Shown: in pieces, positions 25,401-37,500 of the stretch
How the letters are laid out: each line of letters starts with the position of its first letter
How positions within the stretch are numbered: the stretch's first letter is position 1
From: Ophelia neglecta
Lineage: Eukaryota
DNA: 64,000 nucleotides
Assembly (NCBI GenBank): GCA_965285935.1
Contig: OZ260662.1
Location: 46,810,001 to 46,874,000, forward strand
Direction: 5' to 3'
The notes under the pieces: model-generated
What the model saw: the letters and a program-made list of their open reading frames with translations, nothing else
What the model was told of the DNA's origin: nothing
Databases searched by the model: none
Translations under genes and position numbers: made by a program

Positions 25401-26544
25401 TGTCATTAGTGATATTGTTCTTTTATCAAGCTGCTCTTCTGCCCGAGCCTAGCTCCTAATCAGCATGTGTTACAATATGACTTATAATCTGACACAGATT
25501 AACTTGCATGCTTTATGACCTACCTGAAGGAGTTGAATGTGTGACTCCCAGCATGACCCTTAATATTACATATTGTTTTCTATTTTGTGACACTTTGTTA
25601 ATATTACATATATTTTAAATTTTCTGACTTTTACTTAATATTACATATTATTTTTATTTTGTGCCACTTTGTATGATTGTGTACCAGTGTCTGTAGAGTA
25701 TACCTGTTCCAAATGGGTCAGCGCCAACCCCTCTGAAAGTGTGCCAGTAACACACTGAGAATCTGAGCCAGTCCTCCATGGTGCGGCCACATACAACCTC
25801 TGATGCGTTGTAGTGCTTGAACACCATTGTCTCAGTTGGTCCTGCATCTGGTTTGTATGGGATTTTACCAACTCCTAAAATAAATTAATATGGGTATCTT
25901 TAATAGTGTCTGTACATTTGGTATTCATACTGCATCAAAAAACCAATTTAATCATTTTTTATGTTTAACCCATACAAAAGGGCCCTTGTGAGCATGCCCT
26001 TCCCTTTATGGAATGTTCCCAATAAACCGGAAATCTAGCACAGCATTTTTTTAAACATCTATAACAATTAATGTTGTATCTTTTAATATACCTAGTCATA
26101 TATCAACAGTACAAGAAACACCATTTATGCGAGTGATTCCAACTCACAGGTTCTGAGTTTAATAATTGGAGGGTGCCTTAATTCCGGTTAATGAATGACC
26201 TGTGTATAAATTTAAAAGATAAGGGAGGGGGCATTTGTCTGTAGCCATCTGCCACAGTTTGTGAAATTGTCCGTGTACCATGTATTGCAAAATATATACA
26301 GATACTTGGGGGAATATTAACGATTATATTGAACTGCATTGACTGTGTCACTGATGCCCGTACTACAAATATAGGTCTACATAGCCATTCCGGACGCTTG
26401 ATAACAAAAAACCGGCTTGTATTCGAAATACTAGTAAAACGGAACAACTTTTATCAGATGCTTACCAGGAAAGAACTCTCCGTTGACACCGTTCATCGTA
26501 TCTCCTCCGCTGACCCTAGCACGTTTAGCACTCTTCTCGCTCAT
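22480..26544 (-). CDS. xylA: Xylose isomerase (class II), complete, 457 aa; exons 26544-26466, 25874-25704, 25100-24938, 24689-24594, 24143-23888, 23630-23333, 22911-22755, 22633-22480
   Basis: Eight GT-AG exons total 1374 nt in consistent phase. Motifs present: [67 protein letters not shown] and [13 protein letters not shown]. Confidence 0.96.
23760..23844. repeat. Intronic tandem duplication, ~47-bp period
   Basis: CTGGAATTGTTGCAGCTTATGAATTCGGTA occurs twice. Confidence 0.85.
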
Positions 26545-27261
26545 CAAGTGACCGGTTTTATCGCTTCAATAGCGATATTTATACAAGAAAGATAAGGAAC
26601 CCGCCCTCTGTCACACCGACTGAGTTTCCAGTCTTGGATAAACAAAGGCGGAGAACTCCCGTCTCCGTCCAGAGATGACATTGCCAAGCGCCGCGCTGAA
26701 TACTCTGGTGCTGTATACAGGTATACACCTGCGATAGAACAAGCAGCGCGCGGGGGGGGGGGGGGGGGGCAGAGGATGTCAGTTAATATTGATATTTGTG
26801 TTAACTTCGCCGCGCATATCACCGTGGCCATGACATCAGGCAACATTATAATTACCGGCACTCTGGACAGTTGTTTTTTGTATATTGTTATGTCTTAACT
26901 ATAGCTGTAATTATAGATAGAAAACTAGGCCTACTCTCTGCAATAGGCAACAAATATAATGTTTATAAATTAATATTTATCCATAAATAATACTTTAACC
27001 CCCCCCCCCCCCCCCCCCCCCAAATTTGGCCGGTCCCTTGCCTCCACCAGGGCAGAGGGTTCTGTCAAGTGGGAGTCGCATTAGACAGTGCTGACATCTG
27101 ATGGCCATGTTTAGCGCTAATATGTGACTATTCTGAGGCTCGTCATGAACTTATTTCAACCAATCAATTAATAGCCATGTCCACACTCCCAAAATAAACA
27201 ACATGGCTGACAAGAGGAGGGAATATTCAAAACATTGACTTTACTTTTGGGATTTAACAAA
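26545..27261. promoter_or_regulatory. Probable bidirectional promoter between xylA and centriolin, including a non-coding first centriolin exon ending at 27261
   Basis: CpG-rich relative to flanks, with the xylA ATG at 26544 (-). There is an AACATGGC YY1-like motif at ~27200, a strong donor AAA|GTAAGT at 27261/27262, a G18 tract at 26752-26769 and a C23 tract at 26999-27021. Confidence 0.55.
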
Positions 27262-28553
27262 GTAAGTACGGTAAATATTGCTTTTTTTGTGTGAAGATCA
27301 CCATGCCTAATATAGAAGTAGGTATGCTTTAATTTAAAGATAACATAATATTTCGATGAGGACTGTAATTGGTTTAGAAGTCTGAAAAAACACTCAGAAT
27401 TTGCCTGTTGACATACAGGCCGTAATCAAATCAGGTTACTCAGGGCAAGTTCCAACATGTTTTTCAGCAACAAAACACATATTCCGATTGGAACAATATT
27501 TCTATTATACATTCTACCTTTAAAGCATAAACTTAGAGTGCCCTTTGTGTGATTTAATTATCATTCAATAAAATGGATAATATAGCAAAGGCCTTCAATA
27601 TTAAAAGTGAACCTTTAAGACAGTCTTGAGCAACTGTTTCAACCCATTTGACATGCTTGAGAATGAGATTTTATCAATTTAGGGTTCCATATACCTACAC
27701 ATTGAAAGTCTTAATCAAAGTAAGGCATATGACCTTTATAAAATTATGCATATCTCAACCTGCATGGAACCAATAAACTTTCAAGTAGTAGCAATATGTC
27801 AGTTGACATTTACACGCCTCTACATCCATTGGTCCTATTAAACCGTTAAAAAGGCAAAAGACAGGCACTGTCACACCCCTGGTTCAATTTGTATTAAGCC
27901 ATGTCAAGGCACCTTAAGGACCCCTAATTTTATGTCATAACTTAATTTATATCAGTACACCTAAACAAAGCAGAGTTGTATTTGACTTGGGCATCAATGA
28001 TCTTCAAATGTACAATTCTGTCAAACTATCAAACTGTGTGTTCAATTAGCATTTTGTCCATTATCGACATTGCACAGTATCGATAGGGAAAATGTTGCTC
28101 AGGTTTAATTTAATTGCATCAATTGATCAAAATTCACAGCCCCTCCAGTCCTTGTTTGAAAACAGCTCTTGCCAAAGTTTGTACACAACAGTAAAATAAA
28201 ACACTATATTTGATTTGCAATGATCCAGAGAGGTTCACATATCACTGAGTGTCTGTAGTGTTATTTTCTGTCTCTGTAGATGGAGTTCATGTCCCGTGTT
28301 AGTAAGTTTGTTCAGAAGGCAAAAGTTTCTTGTCATTTCTCTGAATTATTAAAATTATATCTATTCATTTTTGCTTACTATGTGAAATTTGTCTTGCAAA
28401 GAATTTCATAGTAGGATCTTTTGTAATAAATTTATATATATAATCATTATTCCTTCAGCTTGTATTCAGTCCTGTTTTTTTGCAGGGACCAGACATGTAT
28501 TGAGTGTCAAAGTAATCAAGCAATTGGAATAGACAACATAATACAATTAAAAA

Positions 28554-31500
28554 ATGTACTCGAATGGAAACCAGCACCAAAGTCATGGACTAACCCCATC
28601 TAAGATCCCTGGCCAGACAACAACGAGAAACAGAGGTAACATTATAGTATAAGTGTTTTACACATACACACATTGTGTTTGCTTTCAAAATAGGAAGTAT
28701 CTTAGTAATGTGAAGTTTGTAACTTGATAACCATATACTTTTAGATATAGTATTGTTTATTCACGTTTAAATATTGAAGAGGGAAAGCAAACTGGGAACT
28801 GTAAGTGCATTATGTCCATTGTGTACAGTGTAACGTGCCCTGTATGGCAACTCTGAAACTTATTGACACGATGATATTATATACATGTATGATTTTATCC
28901 CTCTTGCCCAGAAACCAAGTATGCCATATCCAGGGTTGAGTTGTGATTAAGTTTTGGTCAATTTATTTCAATCCAATAAATATTACCGGTATTTTTTTAA
29001 CTTTATTTTGATAAAACGTACTCATGGCAGTCCCTTTAAATAATGGCTTAAGACTCATTTCTTCAAAAAATAATGATAGCCAGGCCTTGCTTAAAGTGAA
29101 TAACAAATTAACCAGATGGACATAAACAGGAAAATGGCTCTTGTTTCGATAAATATAACTTTCTTCATATTTTTGAGGGTATCCATTGGGTATTTTTGAG
29201 ATTACTTTAATGCATTATACTTCTCAAAATAAATTTCGATTTTTATCCCAGTTTATACTTTCACTCATCAGTCACTATCCATATTCATGCTGTTACTCAA
29301 TCATAAAGCCTGACATGTTATATTGTTCACAATAAGTCTAAAACCTTATGGTTTTTCATACATGCACATATATGTGTCATTGCTAAAGATAAAAACTTAT
29401 TTCTTTTTTGTCTAGATGGTACCGGGATAAGATACATTACTGAGGACATGATAAAAAAGGTGGCTAAAAATGAACATCTGGAAGTCATCACATCTGTAAA
29501 TCTAACTCTGGCTAAGGAAGGCGGCAAGAAAATCAAGGTGAATAACCCTTTAATGAATTTTTGGATTTGTATTTTCCTTTATTACATTGACTTGTCTTAG
29601 ATACATTGTCAGCATTCATCACTATTCACATTATTACAGGTATATAAACTGATGTGGAAGGCATAATACACAAAAATACAAATTAAAATACAGAACACAG
29701 ATAATACACACCATGAAGTCAAATGAATCCTTGAATTACTTATAATGAATCATTGATTATCTGCTCTATTCTAATATGTTTGACTTTATGTGTGTAATTT
29801 TGAAATCAAACTTATCCATTTACAGTATATCGAAAACTTGGACAGACTTAAAAAGCTCCAGATCCTTAATCTGAGTTGTAATGTCATCGAGAAAATAGAA
29901 AAATTGGACAAATTGACCAGACTACGGGAACTTAACTTATCCTTCAACTGTCTGATAAAAATAGAAGGACTTGAGACCCTTTCATCACTGCAGGTGAGTG
30001 AAACTGAGAGAAAGGGTTAATTTACTGTTAATATATACAAATAAATAAATATAATCATGGTTATTCTTTCTTCCCTCATCTTCGGGTTAAAAATATGAAG
30101 TAAATTTATCCTAACTGACATACATGTATGTATAATTTATTGTCGTTCATATTATATTTGGAAAGACACATATCAAGGAATTTTTAATTTGCATAAAATG
30201 TACTTAACCACTTAAGAACTCTGTAAATTGCTAATGCATCTTTGCTTTTGCTTATTTTGCTCTCAATTCAGCCTAAAATTTAAATGTTCTGCCTGGTATT
30301 TCCAGATATTGAATTTGACAGGAAATGAGATTGAACACATTCCAGCATGGATTGGCAAAAAACTAAAAGCACTACGAACACTGAAACTTGCAAAAAACCA
30401 GCTTCAGTCTGTAAGTACAAGCGCCTGTGTCATGTAGTTGATTAACTCTTTCTGACTGGGGAATATATATCTAGTAGTTAGTTGCTTGGACTAGGGTAGT
30501 ATCTAGCAGGAAAAGGGTTAATTTGTCATTGAGGTACTGTTCAGAAAGATATTTTCACAAGCAGGAAAATTTTGTGAATCATATTTAACCATATAGTGTT
30601 CACATGAAATATCATTGCTCAGTAATTCTAGAGAGTGATTAACTATGGCATTTAAGGCTACATAAGAAAATAGTTTATGGGACATTGTCATGTGCAGGAA
30701 TTTCTGTGAAATTTGCAAACATGCCTGAAAATGTCTCGGATTTAAAATATTGATGAAAGATTGGCCTTTTGTTAATGTTTATGGGGATTGGAGTCTCAAT
30801 AGAGGGCAGGGGGCATTGAAATCTTCAATTTTTCCTTTAATTCATCTTGAATTTTTTTGCTTTCCAATAACCAAAAGTAGTTAACATGGCACCACTAGCT
30901 TACCTGGTAGTACATATTGATATGGTACAATTGATATTTAAACTCTCCCTCTTTCCGTGAAATTACATTCTAGCTACAACAGCTGACCAAGTTGCGTCCC
31001 CTGAAGGACCTGACGTGCCTGACAGTTCAGGAGAACCCGGTGGCCGCCCTCCCTCATTGTCGTCTCTTCCTCGTCTTCCACCTACGGACTGTGGAATCCT
31101 TAGACAGCTCACCCATAACGGTGGTTGAGAGAAATGCTGCCAAATCTCGCTTTGCTCAAGGTAAGACTGATATAATAGTTTGTAGGTACATGTATCAGTT
31201 CTATTAAAATTGAAATCTGTTCATAGTGATAAATTCTGACTTGTATTTATTTTCTATATTTAGCACTCTGGTAACTATGAGCATTCACTTTTATTAGTAA
31301 GACAGGCAAATAAAATAAAAACAGCTAAAATAAATGAGAAACTGTTTTTCTTGCAGAAGAGATTGAGCACTTAGAACATCTATTGGAGCAGCATGATGTG
31401 GCTCTGGCCAAGCTGCAAGAAGAGCACAACAAATCATTACACGAATTGGAAGACTATAACCGCAGGAATAAAGAAACCCAACAGAAGTTTAAAAACAATC

Positions 31501-34500
31501 AGGGAAAAATGAAAGACTTAGAGCGAGAATTGGAAACAAAAAATGATCTGGTGAGTGAAATAGATAATCTTGTAATAGGTATATACTTGCAATTCTTAAC
31601 ACGCCACAATTCTTTTTGTTTTCATGTTTGGTAAAAATGCATATATCACGGCACTCCTTGTCTTCATGTTTATTACAAATATGAATACCTTTTCAGCTGA
31701 AACGTAAAACAAGCGAGTTGACAAGGGCTTGTGAGAAGCACTATGAGTTAGAACAGGAGCTGGCCTTCTACAAGATAGATCACAAGTTTGACACTCTCAG
31801 CAAACCTCCCAAAGCTCCCACTCCGGACAGTAATGAGGTAACCAGACCACACAGTGGTTTATTGATTTTTTCCTTTTCAAGAATAACATTTAACAACCTG
31901 CAATGATGTTCATACTTGATTCAGTTAGTACTACAATTACAACAGGAATTCCATAATGAATAAAAGTAATTTAAAAACTTCAGAGCATGGATGAAGGTGG
32001 CTTGATAGGGGAGAGTGCTTACATAGGGAAGGGCCGGTTTCGTGAAGACCAGTTGGCTAGAGAACGCATCTTACGACAGCGTAGGGGGGAGATGGGCCGA
32101 CCTGGCAGCACTGAGAGTTGGAGTGGCAGTGGAGAAGGAGGTTACCTAGACCCTGAGGCCAGGGAGAAACTGCACCAACAGCTTGACCTAGAGCTGGCAG
32201 AAAAACGCAGGGCTATAGATATGGGTATGCTTTATCCAGTCACAAACATGTTTGAATGTCCTGTGAAATAGTAAATGTACTGCTGACTAAATGTGCAAAG
32301 ACATCAGCTGATTTTAAAAATAACACAGTACCAACTTGTTAAGAGCTTTCAAATTTAATAGTGCTTAATAAAAAAATAAAACTAATAGTATGTCTTGGTG
32401 CTTTGTTTTTACACAGCCCAGGATCATTTGCAGCAGTTACAGGAAGACTTGGTTACCACACAAGACCAGTTATCACAAGCGGCAGAAGACATTCAGCACC
32501 TGGCTCAGATCTCCCCCGGCCGACACCTCACAGAGGACGACAAGCAAAGCATGAGAAACCAACTAGCAAAGAAAATGAACAAGGTACACCATTTATTACA
32601 AGGCTAACCATACTATATACACAAATTATTAATCCTACTATAGTACTGGTGCATTCATTTCAAAAGCTTGGCAGGATTTTATATATATGCTAGTGATGTG
32701 CATAATTAGATATGTTATATCAATGTTTCCTTTTAGCACCATGAAATAATGTTTACAATTTTAAAGTGAAGATCAGATATTTATTTTTCATCTGTTTGAT
32801 AAATTGTTTTTAATGATCTTATTAGATCCAGCATCTAAGAGGGGCTTCCCACAAGATAGAGAAAGAGATGCTCCGCACTCAGGATGAAGTCAAACACCAG
32901 GAACGGGATATTGGAAGATTACGTGGAAAACTGCACAGAATGGGGAGCAAGGATTCGCTCTATGTAAATATCAACATTATAGCTCTCATTTTATATAAGT
33001 ATCATTTGCATGCACCACATGCAACAGATTTATGCATTAACTATACAGTGGTCCCTGCTTACAACGATGCTCTCCATAACGACTTTTTCCTTACAACGAC
33101 CCAGAAGGGACTGCATTAGCGTGTCTTACATGTAATTAGCACCGTATTCAGCGACCCGGTCCAAACGCGCGACCTACGACCCGTGAAATGGGCATATTTG
33201 GTCAGAAAATCAGTTCACAACGACCGCCATCCGCCATGTTTCCTTGACGCCACATCTCGCGTGAACTTGAAACTGGGTCGCCGTGCTGACCTTGAGATGG
33301 CAGCACTGCGGTGGCTGAATCAAACATGGCGACCGACTTACGGTACATCGATAAGTCCTTGATATTTTATGAAATAAAACGTATTAAACGACCTCCCCCC
33401 AAATGAAATGTTTCTTTATAAGTTACTTTGTAGCCCTAAGTCTATAATGCACACAGATTACGGGCGCATATTAGCAAATACGGCTCCGCACAGCCTCGGC
33501 AATAGCAGCCGATAGCTGCAACAGAGACCTCTGTACGATCGTAATAATTACGTAGAAGTACTAGTATACAAAAACGAAGAAACACAGTTTTTTATTATAA
33601 GCCTCAATATTATTTAGTGAAAATTAGAGTTTTGCATATAAAATATATTTCAAAATTTAAAGTAACAACTAGAATCTACCTAAAGTACTCTAAAGCAATT
33701 AAAACCGTTGGGCAAATTGCAAATTGAAAACTAGCGGCAAAGTGCGATGGCAATTAGACTAGTAGCAGAGGTGAGAAAGTATCACCTTTGTTGTCGGAAG
33801 CCAAAACTAGTTAAAGGAAGCCACAAACAAATTTATTGGGTGTGCAGACCTCGCATAACAAATAACTGTAGAACTTAATTACATTCAAATGCACACCCAA
33901 GAAGAAACTTGAATCAGAGAGTTCAGCCCTGGAGTGCTAAATGATGTTAGGTTGTTAGATTTTACTCTGCAATTAGCTGGTAATGTGTAGTATTGTAATC
34001 AGATCAGTTTATTTTTTTTAAATAAATTCATGTGTTCAGTAAAATGACTTTTGTAATATGATAGCGCATAAGAATGAAAATAATAATTATACTTATATGT
34101 ATTACTTAGAAAATACATACTACTTAGAGTATACAGTCCCTCTAGAGACCTAACCCTCTACAAAGACCTACCCCCTACAAAGACCTTGGCAAGACTGCAA
34201 AAGGCCAGGTCGTTGTTAGCAGGGACCACTGTACATCCAAAATATTATGTGGATACTCTATGTATTGATATTTTTCATTTCTCAGTGAATCTTTTTCTGT
34301 ACATGTATTGTCGAATTTGGCTTCTTGTCTCATTTTTAGCTCCTAAAGATAATGCACGCTTCAGAAAGACTAATAATTTAGTGGAAGAAAGGGAAGTCTT
34401 AAAATAGAACGCATCTGCAATCAAAGAGAAAATATTGTCAGCCTTATACACAGATTCTACTGTAATTTTTTTTTATCAGTGTCTTATTGTAGTTTATAAT

Positions 34501-37500
34501 GTTGTGCATTTGTTTCAGAACCTGGTGAAGAAGGAGGTAGCTGACAAGGAGTTACAGTTAGACCTGACCAACCAGGAGTACCATGCTCTACAGAGTCAGC
34601 TAGAGGAGATGTTAGCCACCATAACCAGGGAGGCAGACGACATTAAAAAACTGGAAACAGAACTACGGGAAGGTGGGTTGCTAGTGATTAATGGGTTACA
34701 TTTGTAATTCAAGGGGAAATATTGTGTGATTAGTCTTTTGTATATGAAATATATGTGCTGTATATGGTAGGTTTGTACTGGCTCAAAAAGGTGTGATTAT
34801 ATTTTAGGCCAAGCAGCTCAGAATGAAGAAATTCGTGATGAATTGAACAGTGTCATCAGTGGCTTACAGGGTTATTTGAAAGATGTAGCAAACAAAGTGA
34901 GTGTCTTCATGGCAGGTTTTTAAATTTGAATGTCCATGGTAACAAAATCAAAATGATTTGCTCTTTGTAAGAATTGTAAGACATGTATTTAAAAACTGCC
35001 ATTGTGTAAGTGCAGCACTGAAACATAAAAAAAAAAATCATATACTAATGAATCTATAACAGGCAGACAAACAGAAGCTTGACTATGACAGCTTGGTCCG
35101 AGACAGGGAAGAGTTACTCCAACGTCTGCGGGATTTGGAATCAGAACGGGATATAATGGAGGTCAGGGCAGACGAAATAAACCATCTCAAAGGGGTAAGA
35201 TTGTACAAAATTCATATATATTGTAAATAACTAATTTTTATATCTATTTTCCCTGGTATATTCTTTTACTAGCCAGTCCATTCCAAATCTAGCATTATTC
35301 ATCTCAGAGAGAAGGTGGTGTATTTTACACTTAAAACACGTACCTTGCAGGAAATAGCTGCTCTTGAAAACTCGCTTGACAATGCCAAGGACATGAATGA
35401 GTCCCTGCAGAACCAGTTGGAGGAGACCAGACTAAGAGAGCTGGATGAGGCTGAGACTTCAGCCCAGCTCCACCATGCAGAGGACGAAGTGGAGAAACTC
35501 AAACGAGAAGTGGCAGAGGCAGAAAGGAAAGAAAAGGTGCACTATATAATATGGCCTGAGGACAATACTGATGCCTAAGAGTTAGGACAGAACTGCATTC
35601 ATCCCTCGAGATATCTCTCTAATCATGCTTTTTTTTTCAGACAATAATTTTAGCATTACTTGAGTCTATAATATTTACAATAATTATTTTCTCTTTTCTC
35701 TCATTTTTCAGCAGCATAATCCCATCAGTTGTTACTTTTACATGGCTAAATTCCATCATCGTCCTTTAAATTATTCCTATTAAGGTTATAGGTATTTCAC
35801 TGTTATTGATAATATTTTTAGCAATTTTAATGTGCTCATTCAATTATTTATGCACAGGCATAATGATATGTCTTATGTCAATAGTCAGAGCAAGAAAAAT
35901 TCCAAAAAGTCCTAGAAGCTGAACAGAAAAAGTTGGGATATTTAAAGAACAAGGCAAAACTGGCTGACAGCAAAGAAGATGAGATTAGAAACTTGCATAG
36001 AGAGCTTGCAGAACTGCAGGTTGGAGGAGCAAACATTCTTTATACTCTCATTGATAATTTGTTGTAATCTAGTGACTTATTTTTAAGACAAGGAATCCAC
36101 TAGTATGGTCCAATGGTGTTTCTTGTAAAATTGCATATTTTGCTTTAAACATAATATTATGTGACTGTCCTGTGGTCAACACCTTGTATAGATTTATCAA
36201 ATGAATTTGTCTCCCTTTTCTCAGGCTGCAAATGCCCATCTTCAGGACCAGTTGTACAGTGCCCAGCAGAAGAGGAAGGAAGAACAGAAGTCTTCCATCC
36301 ATCCTGATGACTTAAAGAGGAGACTGGACGAGGTCACCAAGGCTATCAGAACTGGAAGGGTAAGGACATGACGGCTCAATAGTGCCAATACTACTCACTC
36401 TTTTAATGTTAAAAAACTCTGATAACAGCTCTTTTGAAACACTATATACGTGAACGCATACTCTAACATACCTTCTGAATAATGTTACGGTCATTAATAG
36501 TTTGGTTTTTATCCAATCAGGGAGGCATCCAGCCAAAGAAATCCTCTCGAGATGAAGCCACTGACCCGGTGGAAGAGGCTCTCGGCGAGATGCAGGAAAA
36601 GGTACAGAAAGAAATGGAACGTTCATTCAGGGACCTGGAAAAGGCAAACAGGGCCAAAAGTCAGGTGAGTCAGTGAATTGTGCTCTAAGATCATTACAAT
36701 ATCTCACATTCACTGCAGATTGTCAAGTAACGCTAGGAATCAGGGCTAGTAAATGTAGACTAATGGCTTGTGTCCCTGCAGATGGAGCAGGAAGTGGCAG
36801 TTTTACGGGACCAGGTGACACAGGTACAGGACCAGGAGAGAGAGATGGCTGAGGAGGCAATACAGGCATTGGTATGTACCAGACTACCACTACTACTACC
36901 ATCTACAAGCAATCTATCAACTTCTACCAACAATCTATCAACTGTTATAAAATGAGTTGAATGTAATTTTCTGTAGATTAATGTATATGTATATATTCTT
37001 TGTACAAAATGACTACAGCTTGATGATGAGAAAATGGAGAGTGATCGTCTGCGAGCTGAGATTGCTCGGCTGCGAGCTGAGTTACAAAGACAGAAGGTAC
37101 TTGTTGGTCTTTATCTTGAACGTTTACAGTTTACACTCATCTATGTATTAGCATGTTTATACGAGAAAGGGAATTGATTACTCTCCCAGTAATTTCATGA
37201 GTGATAATTATTTATATCAAAATGAATACTGATGGAAGGATCGGGAAGGATTGACAAATAATGTTGTGAGAGGTCAATACCAAACTGTTTTCATTGTCTA
37301 AATAAGTCAAAGAGAGGTGATTTGTGCATGCTCCTTCAATCTTTCTTCAGTTACAATCAGAGAAACTTTAGGCATTAGACATTACATGTTGAGTTGAACT
37401 ACCTTACAAGCTTAAAGTATGTCGTCATGCTGTTGTTTCGTGTTGTTTTACTTATTTGTTCATCTAAACAGGAGAAGTCAAATGAGCATGCCATCCCCGT

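Noticed and set aside
22480-26544. xylA as bacterial contamination or very recent horizontal transfer
   Set aside because: Seven canonical spliceosomal introns, host-like composition, and contiguity with metazoan genes.
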